Source: an uncultured bacterium
GTDB lineage: Bacteria; Desulfobacterota_D; UBA1144
Reading direction: 5' to 3'
Assembly (NCBI GenBank): GCA_913050325.1
Contig: CAJWZP010000001.1
Location: 129,611 to 193,610, forward strand
DNA: 64,000 bases
Shown one piece after another: positions 29,731 to 40,220 of the stretch; position 1 is the first letter of the stretch, and the number at the start of each line of letters is the position of its first letter. The notes beneath the pieces are model-generated. The model was not told the origin of the DNA. It saw only the letters and a list, made by a program, of their open reading frames with translations, and made no database searches. Position numbers and translations under genes: made by a program.

Positions 29731-29735
29731 TTTAG

Positions 29736-31403
<1,668 letters not shown>

Positions 31404-31427
31404 ATCCCAGTTCAATAAAGTTTTTTA

Positions 31428-31453
31428 AAGGGGCTTCGTGCCCCTTTTTTTAT
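31428..31453. terminator. rho-independent terminator shared by groEL (+) and the convergent minus-strand operon
   Basis: AAAGGGGC-ttcgt-GCCCCTTTTTTTT hairpin with A- and T-runs on either side. Confidence 0.7.
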
Positions 31454-32442
31454 ACCTTATCTATTACAATCATATTATATTCTAATTCTAATTCATAAAC
31501 TTTATGAATCTCTTTTTTTAAATTTAAAAAAACATTATTATTGAATTTTTTTGATAACTTTTTTAAGCTTAAAGCTATCAATTCCCACAGGTGAGCTATA
31601 TCAATCATTCTTTCATATAGTTTAAGAACTTTAATTTTTTTTGATTCTGAGGATGCAATTTTTAAAAAATCACTATAGATACATCTAAATCCTGCACCCT
31701 TGGATCCTCTTTTTGCTATTATTTGATAAGCAAATTTAAAAATTTCGTTAGAATCATCATATTTACTCCAATTTTGAATACCTTTAAGCCATTCTAAAAT
31801 AGAATAAATTGAACTTGTTCCTCTTAAACTATTTTGACCATTAAGGAAATTATAAGAGTTTAATTTGATAGAATTTATTATTTTCAATTCTAAATTTTTA
31901 AATGGACTAAATTTTTTAATAGAAAACCAATTGTAATTTAGTGGATAAGGTTCCGCTTTAGATGATCTGGCTTTGTCTAAGTCTGAAAAAGAAACTATCT
32001 GAAGCTCTTTAAAATTAGTATCTGATAAAATAAAATTTTTATTTTTCATATCATATCCAACACATAAAACTACATGACCAGGAAAATGAATCTTTGAATT
32101 ATAATATTTTAAATAAAATAAATCAGTTTGTAGAAAAATAGGATTTCCTTCGTCTAATTCTAATATTAAATTTTTAAAAGCTTTATGACTATTCTTTTCT
32201 AATTTCCATTCATATTCATTACCTTGTTTAGAAAAAAATAATGGTTCCATATTTGGGGCTCGTAGATGAATTATTTCTGAAGGCTTACTAGTGTATAATT
32301 TGTTGTAAAAGAATCCTAATCCACAGCCCAAACCAAAGCATAACTCTTCTGGGTAATCATAACCATAAAAATTAACAACATTTCTAATGGCTGAAGATCC
32401 ACAATGAACCCCTGTCAAATTATCCCAATCTAAAATTTCCAT
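31450..32442 (-). CDS. BtrH_N/DUF4872-like papain-fold (peptidase C39-like) protein
   Basis: 330 aa. N-terminal VHCGSSA (Cys nucleophile in an hCGxxA context) and GHVVLCVGYD (HxVVL His motif) match the C39-like papain-fold Cys/His dyad. The overall pattern (FYGY, GLGCGLGF) matches my recollection of the BtrH N-terminal family. The family call is from memory, not from a search. Confidence 0.5.
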   Translation of the reverse strand: MEILDWDNLTGVHCGSSAIRNVVNFYGYDYPEELCFGLGCGLGFFYNKLYTSKPSEIIHLRAPNMEPLFFSKQGNEYEWKLEKNSHKAFKNLILELDEGNPIFLQTDLFYLKYYNSKIHFPGHVVLCVGYDMKNKNFILSDTNFKELQIVSFSDLDKARSSKAEPYPLNYNWFSIKKFSPFKNLELKIINSIKLNSYNFLNGQNSLRGTSSIYSILEWLKGIQNWSKYDDSNEIFKFAYQIIAKRGSKGAGFRCIYSDFLKIASSESKKIKVLKLYERMIDIAHLWELIALSLKKLSKKFNNNVFLNLKKEIHKVYELELEYNMIVIDKV

Positions 32443-33809
32443 TTTTCACCTGTTAGATTATTTAATTTAGTAGATAAAAATTCTTTAATTGAATTTAAAT
32501 TTTCTATACTGTTGCTTTCAAATCTAAGTGTTAATGCAGGTTGAGTGTTTGAAGCTCTTATAAGAGCCCAACTATTTTTATTTTCAATTCTGATACCATC
32601 GATTTCATTTATATCATAATCTCTAATATCATTGATTATTTCTTTCTTTAAACTTTTTATTAATTTAAATTTATTTTCTTCAGAGTAATCAATTCTTATT
32701 TCAGGAGTTGAAATTCTTTTAGGAATTTTATCTATTATGTCTGATAGTTTTATATTAGTATTTGATAATACTTCGGATATTCTCAGTGCTGCGTATAATG
32801 CATCATCATATCCATAATGTTTATCTTTAAAAAAAATATGACCACTTAATTCACCTGCTAAAATTGCCTTCGCGTTTTTAATTTTTTCTTTAATATTTGA
32901 ATGTCCTGTTTTCCACATTATAGGGTTTCCACCTAAAGATTTTATTTCCTCAAAAAGGACTTTTGAACATTTAACTTCTCCAATTATTGTAGCACCAGGA
33001 TTATTAAATAGAATTGATTTTGCTAAAATTAAAAGAATGATATCAGAATTTATATAATTACCTTTATCATCTACCACCCCAATTCTGTCTCCATCTCCAT
33101 CAAAAGCTATGCCAAAATCAAGTTTATTTTTTACCACAGTTTTTTTTAATTCTGTAAGGTTTGACTCAACAGATGGGTCTGGATGGTGATTAGGAAAACT
33201 ACCGTCTGGTTCATCAAACAAAGTTAATGCTTCACATTCCAATTTATTAAATACTGATTTTACAAATCCACCAATTGGAGTATTTGCACAATCCACACCA
33301 AGTTTTATTTTTTTATTCAGATTTATATTATCAGTAATATCTTCGATGTAATCATCTAAAACATTTAATTTCTCAATACTGTTCTTTTTTTCACTCTTTG
33401 GGGCAAATGATTTAGATAATATTATCTCATACAATTTCTGAATCTGAGCTGATGACAGCACTTCTTTTCCGACCATAGTTTTGAAGCCATTATATTCAGG
33501 TGGGTTATGGCTAGCCGTTATCATAACACCTGCATCTATATCATAATTATTTACGGCAAAATATAATATAGGAGTAGTTATAATTCCAATATCAACAACT
33601 CTAACTCCGTGGTCAATAAGAGTAGAGGCAAAAATATCAAAAATTCTATTTGAAGATAGTCTGCAATCACGCCCAATTAAAACTGAATTAGAATTAAAAT
33701 CTTGAATTAAAGTTGCATAAGCCGCTGCAATTTCAACTACGGAATCATTATTTAAGTCATTTTCAGCTATGCCTCTAATGTCGTATTCTCTAAATATATT
33801 TTTATTCAT
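32430..33809 (-). CDS. phosphomannomutase/phosphoglucomutase (alpha-D-phosphohexomutase)
   Basis: TASHNPPEYNGFK active-site Ser loop and FDGDGDRIGVVD metal loop. The YNG signature favours ManB/AlgC-type over GlmM-type. Confidence 0.85.
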   Translation of the reverse strand: MNKNIFREYDIRGIAENDLNNDSVVEIAAAYATLIQDFNSNSVLIGRDCRLSSNRIFDIFASTLIDHGVRVVDIGIITTPILYFAVNNYDIDAGVMITASHNPPEYNGFKTMVGKEVLSSAQIQKLYEIILSKSFAPKSEKKNSIEKLNVLDDYIEDITDNINLNKKIKLGVDCANTPIGGFVKSVFNKLECEALTLFDEPDGSFPNHHPDPSVESNLTELKKTVVKNKLDFGIAFDGDGDRIGVVDDKGNYINSDIILLILAKSILFNNPGATIIGEVKCSKVLFEEIKSLGGNPIMWKTGHSNIKEKIKNAKAILAGELSGHIFFKDKHYGYDDALYAALRISEVLSNTNIKLSDIIDKIPKRISTPEIRIDYSEENKFKLIKSLKKEIINDIRDYDINEIDGIRIENKNSWALIRASNTQPALTLRFESNSIENLNSIKEFLSTKLNNLTGEKWKF

Positions 33810-33856
33810 TTTCCAAATAATCTACAAAATTTAAAGTTAAAATATTAAATAAAACT

Positions 33857-33885
33857 TTGACAAAAGATTCTGCAAATAATATATT
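33857..33885 (+). promoter_or_regulatory. near-consensus sigma70 promoter for trpE: TTGACA, 17 nt, TATATT
   Basis: TTGACA at 33857-33862 and TATATT at 33880-33885. The ATG at 33894 is only about 8 nt downstream, implying an essentially leaderless mRNA. Confidence 0.5.
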
Positions 33886-33893
33886 CAATTTAC

Positions 33894-35354
33894 ATGATTT
33901 CACCTTCTTTAGACAGCTTTAAGAAAAAAATAAAAGATGGAAATCTGATTCCTATATATAAAAATATTGATATTAATTTTGATAATCCTTCTAAAATATT
34001 AAAAAAACTTCCTAAAGAAAAGAATATATATTTACTAGAAAGCTATGAGGGTCCTCTTAAATGGTCAAGATACAGTTTTATGGGCTTTGACCCTAAGCTG
34101 GTTATTAGTTCATATAAAGAAAAAATTAAAATACAAAAACAAAAAAAGACAAAATTTATAAATGGAGATCCTTTTAATGAAATAAAAAAAATTATGTCAA
34201 AATATAAACCTGTTAAAACCAGAGGGCTTCCAAGATTCTTTGGTGGTTTAGTTGGGTTTTTTTCGTATGATATAGTTTCAAAGATTGAGAAAATAAAAAG
34301 GGCAAAAAAAGACGATGTAAAATTTCCAGATTGTTTACTTATGCTCTCTGATTCTTTAATAATTTTTGATAATGTGAAAAAGATTGCAAAGATTGTTGTT
34401 AATGTTGAAACTAAAAAAAATTCAAATATTGAATTATTATATAAAAAAGCAATAAAAAAAATTTCAGAAATAGAATTAAAACTTATAAGAAATAAGAAAG
34501 AAAAATCTAAACATATAAAAAATAAAAATAATATAAAATCAAATCATAAACCAAATCAATTTATGAATTCGGTAAAAAAAATAAAAGAATATGTAAAATC
34601 AGGTGACATCATCCAAGCAGTAATATCACAAAGATGGAAAACAAAATTTTATAATAATCCTATTGATTTATATTCTACCTTAAGGGAACTAAATCCATCA
34701 CCTTATATGTTTTATATAAAAAATAATTCTAAATATATAATTGGTGCTTCACCAGAAGTTTTGGTTAGACTTGAAAATAATATTGTTGAATCAAGACCTA
34801 TAGCAGGCACGAGACCTAGGGGTAAAGACAATAAAAGTGATATTAAATTTGAAAAAGAATTATTAAATGACCCGAAAGAAAAAGCAGAACATATAATGCT
34901 GGTAGATCTTGCAAGGAATGATATAAGTAGGGTGTGTCAGTATGGTTCAGTAGAAGTTCAAAATATGATGTCAGTTGAAAGATATTCGCATGTAATGCAC
35001 ATAGTTTCTAATGTTAAGGGTAAACTTAACAAAAAATATGATGCGGTTGATGTTTTTAAATCTTGTTTTCCAGCTGGAACTTTATCTGGAGCACCCAAGA
35101 TAAGAGCTATGCAAATAATAAGCGAATTAGAGCCAAATGTTAGAGGGCCTTATGGAGGGTCTGTAGGATATATAGGCTTTTCAGGAAATATGGATATGAG
35201 CATAACAATAAGATCTTTTTATATAAATGGAAATGATCTTTATTTTCAGGCGGGTGCAGGAATAGTAGCAGATTCAAAACCAAATATGGAATTAAAAGAA
35301 ACTATTAATAAATCAGGAGCAATGCTTAAGGCAATTCAAAAAACAAATGAGTAA
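33894..35354 (+). CDS. trpE: anthranilate synthase component I (TrpE; PabB not fully excluded)
   Basis: Chorismate-binding domain (AGTRPRG, HIMLVDLARNDISRV, GAPKIRAMQII) plus the N-terminal LLES...SRYS tryptophan-feedback motif characteristic of TrpE. Confidence 0.75.
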   Translation: MISPSLDSFKKKIKDGNLIPIYKNIDINFDNPSKILKKLPKEKNIYLLESYEGPLKWSRYSFMGFDPKLVISSYKEKIKIQKQKKTKFINGDPFNEIKKIMSKYKPVKTRGLPRFFGGLVGFFSYDIVSKIEKIKRAKKDDVKFPDCLLMLSDSLIIFDNVKKIAKIVVNVETKKNSNIELLYKKAIKKISEIELKLIRNKKEKSKHIKNKNNIKSNHKPNQFMNSVKKIKEYVKSGDIIQAVISQRWKTKFYNNPIDLYSTLRELNPSPYMFYIKNNSKYIIGASPEVLVRLENNIVESRPIAGTRPRGKDNKSDIKFEKELLNDPKEKAEHIMLVDLARNDISRVCQYGSVEVQNMMSVERYSHVMHIVSNVKGKLNKKYDAVDVFKSCFPAGTLSGAPKIRAMQIISELEPNVRGPYGGSVGYIGFSGNMDMSITIRSFYINGNDLYFQAGAGIVADSKPNMELKETINKSGAMLKAIQKTNE

Positions 35355-35931
35355 AAAAAAGAAAGTCTTAATGATAGATAACTATGATTCTTTTACATAT
35401 AATCTTGTTCATTATTTACAAGAGCTAAATGCTAATGTTGAAGTTATTAGAAATGATGAGATTACTGTTAACAAAGTAAAGAAAATTAATCCATCAATTA
35501 TCTTTATATCACCAGGTCCATGTAGTCCGTCAGAAGCAGGAATGTCAGTTGAATTAATTAAAAAATTTTCCATAAAATATCCAATATTTGGAGTATGTTT
35601 AGGACACCAATCAATAGGATATGCATATGGTGCAAAAATTGTAAAAGCAAAAAAACTTTTACATGGGAAAACTTCAAATATTTATCATAATGGTAAAGGT
35701 ATTTACAAAGGACTATCTAATCCATTTAAGGCCACAAGATATCATTCTCTAAGTATTCAAAAAAAGTCATTATCAGAAGATTTTGAAATTACGAGTGAAA
35801 CAAAGGATGGAACAATAATGGGAATAAAGCATAAAAATTTAAAGCTTGAGGGAGTACAATTTCATCCTGAATCTATTTTAACAACGCAAGGTAAAAAACT
35901 AATCAAAAATATATTAAGGTCTATAGATTGA
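35347..35931 (+). CDS. trpG: anthranilate synthase component II / class I glutamine amidotransferase (TrpG/PabA)
   Basis: GVCLGHQ catalytic Cys motif and HPES His/Glu motif. Overlaps the trpE end. Confidence 0.8.
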   Translation: MSKKKKVLMIDNYDSFTYNLVHYLQELNANVEVIRNDEITVNKVKKINPSIIFISPGPCSPSEAGMSVELIKKFSIKYPIFGVCLGHQSIGYAYGAKIVKAKKLLHGKTSNIYHNGKGIYKGLSNPFKATRYHSLSIQKKSLSEDFEITSETKDGTIMGIKHKNLKLEGVQFHPESILTTQGKKLIKNILRSID

Positions 35932-35954
35932 ACATAAATGATATTCGTTACTAT

Positions 35955-36350
35955 ATGAATATTGCTTTAATAGAATCAAAAAAAGCGGCAAAAAAAAATG
36001 AAATACCTGTAGGAAGTATAGTTGTTTCTAAAATTACTAAAAAAATAATATCAAAAGCTCATAATCAAACAGAAAAATTGTCTGATCCAACAGCTCATGC
36101 CGAAATATTAGCAATCAGAAAAGCAGCAAAAAAAATTAATGACTGGAGACTTACAAATCATGTAATTTTTACTACTCTTGAACCTTGTAAAATGTGTATG
36201 GAAATGATCAAAGAGGCAAGAATTCAAACTATTTATTATGGCGCGGTGAACACATCGAAACAAAAAAAAATAAAAGAACCTGAATGTATAAAATTTGAAA
36301 TTAAAGAATCAGGTCTAAATATTAAAGAATTTTTTAAAAAAATCAGATAA
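35955..36350 (+). CDS. tadA: tRNA-specific adenosine deaminase TadA
   Basis: HAEILAIRKA...LEPCKMC zinc-deaminase motifs. The ATG at 35955 gives MNIALIESKKAAKKNEIPVG; the track start at 35928 is a TTG. Confidence 0.85.
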   Translation: MNIALIESKKAAKKNEIPVGSIVVSKITKKIISKAHNQTEKLSDPTAHAEILAIRKAAKKINDWRLTNHVIFTTLEPCKMCMEMIKEARIQTIYYGAVNTSKQKKIKEPECIKFEIKESGLNIKEFFKKIR

Positions 36351-37043
36351 TCAAATATCCATTTTCTTTGGAAAAATTGTTATTTTTTTTAATCTTCCAT
36401 ACTCCTTAGTCTTATATGTAACTTGGTCATTTTCTTCGATAATTAAATAAGATATTCTCCTTTCAAAAGAGTTCATAGGGTTTAGACTCAAAGGCCTATT
36501 AATTGCTATAACTTTATCAACTAGGGTTTTAACTCTCTCTTTTAATTTTTCTGTTCTTTTTTCTCTATATGAATTAATGTCTATTGAGACATAAACACTC
36601 CTCCCTGTTTGTTTACTAGCAATTCTAGATAATAAGAATTCAAGATTTTTTATCATTTCTCCCTTTTTACCGATCAAAAATCCTAAGTCTTTTTCAGTAT
36701 TTAATTTTAAGAAAATATTTTTTTCTATTACCTCGGTAGATATATCAGCATCACCAATAAAATGATTAACTATTTCTTTAAAAATTTTTTCAATATCCTC
36801 ATGATTTATAAATAAATTCTCTGTTTCGGTGATTTCATTATTGGTTAAGTTATTACTTTGCACCTCTTCTGGCATATTTAAAACTTTAATAATAGCATTT
36901 CTTGATCCTATTCCTAAAACTCCGGATGACTCCTCTTGAACAACTTCAAATTCTAATTCGTCTCTAGGTATTCCAAGTTCTTTACATGCTTCAATAGCAG
37001 CATCCGTAACTGTTTGTCCTTCAAATTCTTTTTCTAATGACAT
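36351..37043 (-). CDS. jag: RNA-binding protein Jag/KhpB (Jag_N-KH-R3H)
   Basis: In the conserved position downstream of yidC, with a KH-like GKKGEMIKNLE segment and an R3H-like C-terminus. Confidence 0.8.
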   Translation of the reverse strand: MSLEKEFEGQTVTDAAIEACKELGIPRDELEFEVVQEESSGVLGIGSRNAIIKVLNMPEEVQSNNLTNNEITETENLFINHEDIEKIFKEIVNHFIGDADISTEVIEKNIFLKLNTEKDLGFLIGKKGEMIKNLEFLLSRIASKQTGRSVYVSIDINSYREKRTEKLKERVKTLVDKVIAINRPLSLNPMNSFERRISYLIIEENDQVTYKTKEYGRLKKITIFPKKMDI

Positions 37044-37044
37044 T

Positions 37045-38637
37045 TTATGCTCCTTGCATTTTTTTAAATTTTTGATTTATATAGATTTGTTGAAAAATTG
37101 AAATAATATTGCTTACTGTCCAATATAAAATCAACCCAGATGGTAGTCCCCAAAACATTACAGTAAATAATATTGGCATATACTGAAATATTTTTGTTTG
37201 AAATTCATCTGCTCCTGGATTTGGTGGTGTCATTTTTTGGGTTATATACCAAGAAATACCCATTATTAAGGGCAAAGCCCTAAATGGAATACCAAAAATA
37301 TCAAATAGATTTTCTGGTGAAGATAAATCGTTTATCCATAAAAAACTGGTATGTCTTAGATCAAGAGAATATAGTAAAACATTATACAAAGCTACAAATA
37401 CCGGTAGTTGAATTAACATTGGTAGGCATCCACTCAAACTTGATAAAGGATTCATACCTTCTTTTGAATATAGGTTCATAATTTCCTGGTTTTGTGTTTG
37501 CTTATCATCTTTAAATTTTTCTTTTATTTCATCTAATTTTGGCTTTAATAGTGCCATTTTAGATTGCATTTTTTTCATGGACATCATACTTTTAACCGTA
37601 AGAGGAAGAAACAATATTCTAATTAGAATTGTTATTAAGATAATGGCTAGACCATAATTTTTTATATATTGATTTGAAAAATTTAAAAATTTCTCTAATG
37701 GTGACGCCAGCCAATGAAACCAACCTAAATCATGTGCACGCTCTAAGGAACCATAATTAGAGAGAATTTTATAATCTTTAGGACCTAAGAAAATTGTTGA
37801 AGATTGCCTATATTGACCACCTGAAAGTAAATTGATAGTTTTATGACTCAAAACAGTTCTCATAAGTCCAGTGGTTTTCTTTTCATATTTTACAGTTTTT
37901 TCTAGGTTTTCATTAAACAAAACTGCACCCAAAAAATATTTTTTAGAAAAACCGTACCAAGAAATATCTTCAATTTCTTTTATTGGCTCACTAGGTAATG
38001 AATCAATTTTTTCAACATCATCTCCATAAAAATAACTAAAATCATAATATTCAGTTACGTCAATTTCACCTAAAGATTCTTCAAAGATTCTAAAAATAAA
38101 ATTATCTGATGATTTATTTAAGACTAAAATTTCTCTCTCAATAGAATAATCATTTGGTTCAATTAAATATCTTAAAATTATTTCTTTTCCAGAAACTTTA
38201 GATGATAGAAGTATTTCATTTTTGGAATTTTTTATAACATTGAATAGTAAATTTGTATTTATCTCAAAATCTTTGGCTTTAAAAATAATCTTTGATAAAT
38301 ATTCTCTATCGCTAAATACATTTGATTTAATATTAGAACTTGGTTTAACATAGAAATTTTTCAATTCTAAATTAGAGATATATCCACCAACTAAAGATAT
38401 TTCCCCTTTGAACAAATTATTTTCTATTTTTAAAAAATTATTTTTATTTTTAATTTCTTCATTAATTATTTTTTCATCAGAAACAATAAAAGATTCTTTT
38501 TTGACTGTAAATTCATCCTGAAATTCTTGATTTTCAGATATTTTTTCTTTTTCTTTCTCTGGACTCCCGAAAAAGAAATTACTTCCAAAAATAATTAAAA
38601 ACGATCCGAGTAGAAAAATTATATAATTAAGCTTCAA
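37045..38637 (-). CDS. yidC: membrane protein insertase YidC
   Basis: 530 aa with an N-terminal transmembrane segment, a large periplasmic domain and the conserved C-terminal 5-TM core. Confidence 0.9.
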   Translation of the reverse strand: MKLNYIIFLLGSFLIIFGSNFFFGSPEKEKEKISENQEFQDEFTVKKESFIVSDEKIINEEIKNKNNFLKIENNLFKGEISLVGGYISNLELKNFYVKPSSNIKSNVFSDREYLSKIIFKAKDFEINTNLLFNVIKNSKNEILLSSKVSGKEIILRYLIEPNDYSIEREILVLNKSSDNFIFRIFEESLGEIDVTEYYDFSYFYGDDVEKIDSLPSEPIKEIEDISWYGFSKKYFLGAVLFNENLEKTVKYEKKTTGLMRTVLSHKTINLLSGGQYRQSSTIFLGPKDYKILSNYGSLERAHDLGWFHWLASPLEKFLNFSNQYIKNYGLAIILITILIRILFLPLTVKSMMSMKKMQSKMALLKPKLDEIKEKFKDDKQTQNQEIMNLYSKEGMNPLSSLSGCLPMLIQLPVFVALYNVLLYSLDLRHTSFLWINDLSSPENLFDIFGIPFRALPLIMGISWYITQKMTPPNPGADEFQTKIFQYMPILFTVMFWGLPSGLILYWTVSNIISIFQQIYINQKFKKMQGA

Positions 38638-38873
38638 TCTTTATCCTCCAAAGGAACATTATCTTTACCAGGAGGGAAAAAAGGATTACATTTTAAAATT
38701 CTTATTGATGAAAGGTAAATTCCTTTAATTGCACCATGTGTAGATATCGCTTGAATTGCATATTCTGAACAGCTTGGAACAAACCTGCACGATGAAGGTA
38801 AAATTCTACTTAATGATAATTGATAAATTTTAATTAAACCGACTAAAAAGGCTTTAATAAGTTTTTCCATCAT
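38634..38873 (-). CDS. yidD: membrane protein insertion efficiency factor YidD
   Basis: RFVPSCSEYAIQAISTHGAIKG signature. Confidence 0.85.
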   Translation of the reverse strand: MMEKLIKAFLVGLIKIYQLSLSRILPSSCRFVPSCSEYAIQAISTHGAIKGIYLSSIRILKCNPFFPPGKDNVPLEDKD

Positions 38874-39160
38874 CTGATTTTCTTCATGATTAAACTAAGC
38901 TCGTCTTTGATATCCCAAAAAGTAAGATTTAGAATATTTTTATTAGGGTAAAGAGAAAAATCTAAATTAGTTAAGTCTTTACTATAATATTTCCTAAGAA
39001 CTTCTTTTAATCGCCTTTTGTATTTATTTCTCACAACTGAGGTCTTAACTATTTTTTTAGATATTATAACATTTACGTTTGAGTATTCCATATTAGGCAA
39101 AACCTTTACAAAGAAAGTTTTTGACTTATATTTCATTATTTTTAATGGATTAGTAGTCAA
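38870..39160 (-). CDS. rnpA: ribonuclease P protein component RnpA
   Basis: Basic 96-aa protein with VVRNKYKRRLKE, in the rpmH-rnpA-yidD-yidC order. Confidence 0.8.
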   Translation of the reverse strand: MTTNPLKIMKYKSKTFFVKVLPNMEYSNVNVIISKKIVKTSVVRNKYKRRLKEVLRKYYSKDLTNLDFSLYPNKNILNLTFWDIKDELSLIMKKIR

Positions 39161-39198
39161 TTTTTCTGTTTTCCCTAATAAAAAATCAAAAAAAGTTA

Positions 39199-39348
39199 TT
39201 ACTTTGAGTATCGAGCGACAGTCAAACTTGCTCTTCCTTTAGATCTTCTAGAAGCAAGAACTTTTCTGCCAGCTTTAGAAGATAATCTTGTTCTAAATCC
39301 ATGAGTTCTTACTCTTTTCTTTTCACTTGGTTGGTATGTCCTCTTCAT
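39199..39348 (-). CDS. rpmH: 50S ribosomal protein L34
   Basis: Hand translation of the minus strand gives [49 protein letters not shown] (49 aa). It is not in the ORF track because it falls below the length cutoff. Confidence 0.9.
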   Translation of the reverse strand: MKRTYQPSEKKRVRTHGFRTRLSSKAGRKVLASRRSKGRASLTVARYSK

Positions 39349-39391
39349 TGAAGGATAAAAATTAACATTAAATATAGAAAAATCAAATCTA

Positions 39392-40189
39392 CTATTGAAC
39401 TACATCATCATTTTTAGTAGATTGTTTTTTCTGAGGAGAAGATGCTGAACAGTTGCTAGCTATTTCATCCCACTTTTGCTTATAAATCTTGAGGGATGAA
39501 TCAGCTTTTTCATAATCTTTTTTTGAAATTAAATCCAGAATTAACCAAATATCACTGACAGAATTTTCATTTTTTAATGTGAATTCATGAATCACACTAC
39601 TAATTTCCGCATAATTAAGAACTATCATGCTATCATCAGCAAACTTTTCAATCCAATAGTAAAGTTCTGATAATCCAAAAGTTAGCTCTTTCTTAAATAA
39701 ATCAAAATCATTAGGTATTTCTTCTTTATCATTAGCCTCTAAAATATTTTTAGCATCATTCAATCTTTTTTTTGATAAAGAACATTCTGTATTGTAGTAA
39801 ATTCCATCAGGAGCTATAGCACCCTCACCGGCATGGGAATAGAAAAATTTTTTTTCAGAGTTATCAAATAAAAGAAACCAATGAGCAGGAATTGAATTTT
39901 CAGATTCCATAATATATTTATCAGAATCAATTCCTAATGGTGTTAAATAATAATCACCATTTTCATGTTTAGTAAAAAGACAATCTTTAATATTATCTGG
40001 TTCTATTTCTAGATATTTTGACAATGAATTTCTATACTCTTCATATTCATTACCATAGAAAACATTTTGGGAAGCATTGGGTCCATCCCAATATAACTCA
40101 TGAAATTTAATATACTTATCCCAGTATTGGTTATCCTCTTTAACATTTGACAAATTTTGGTAAACCATTAATGCTGACTTTTTAGACAT
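39392..40189 (-). CDS. hypothetical 265-aa protein co-transcribed downstream of the AHAS-like gene (31-nt gap)
   Basis: ORF only. Acidic with W/Y-rich segments; no recognisable family. Confidence 0.4.
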   Translation of the reverse strand: MSKKSALMVYQNLSNVKEDNQYWDKYIKFHELYWDGPNASQNVFYGNEYEEYRNSLSKYLEIEPDNIKDCLFTKHENGDYYLTPLGIDSDKYIMESENSIPAHWFLLFDNSEKKFFYSHAGEGAIAPDGIYYNTECSLSKKRLNDAKNILEANDKEEIPNDFDLFKKELTFGLSELYYWIEKFADDSMIVLNYAEISSVIHEFTLKNENSVSDIWLILDLISKKDYEKADSSLKIYKQKWDEIASNCSASSPQKKQSTKNDDVVQ

Positions 40190-40220
40190 CTTTAAAATTT
40201 AACAGAGTACAGTAAATTGT

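Noticed and set aside
33810-33893. trp leader peptide or attenuator
   Set aside because: The promoter -10 ends about 8 nt before the trpE ATG, leaving no room for a leader ORF or terminator/antiterminator.
39018-39242. 74-aa plus-strand ORF spanning the rnpA/rpmH region
   Set aside because: It is antisense to rnpA and to the hand-identified rpmH (L34) on the minus strand. The conserved L34 sequence explains this region.
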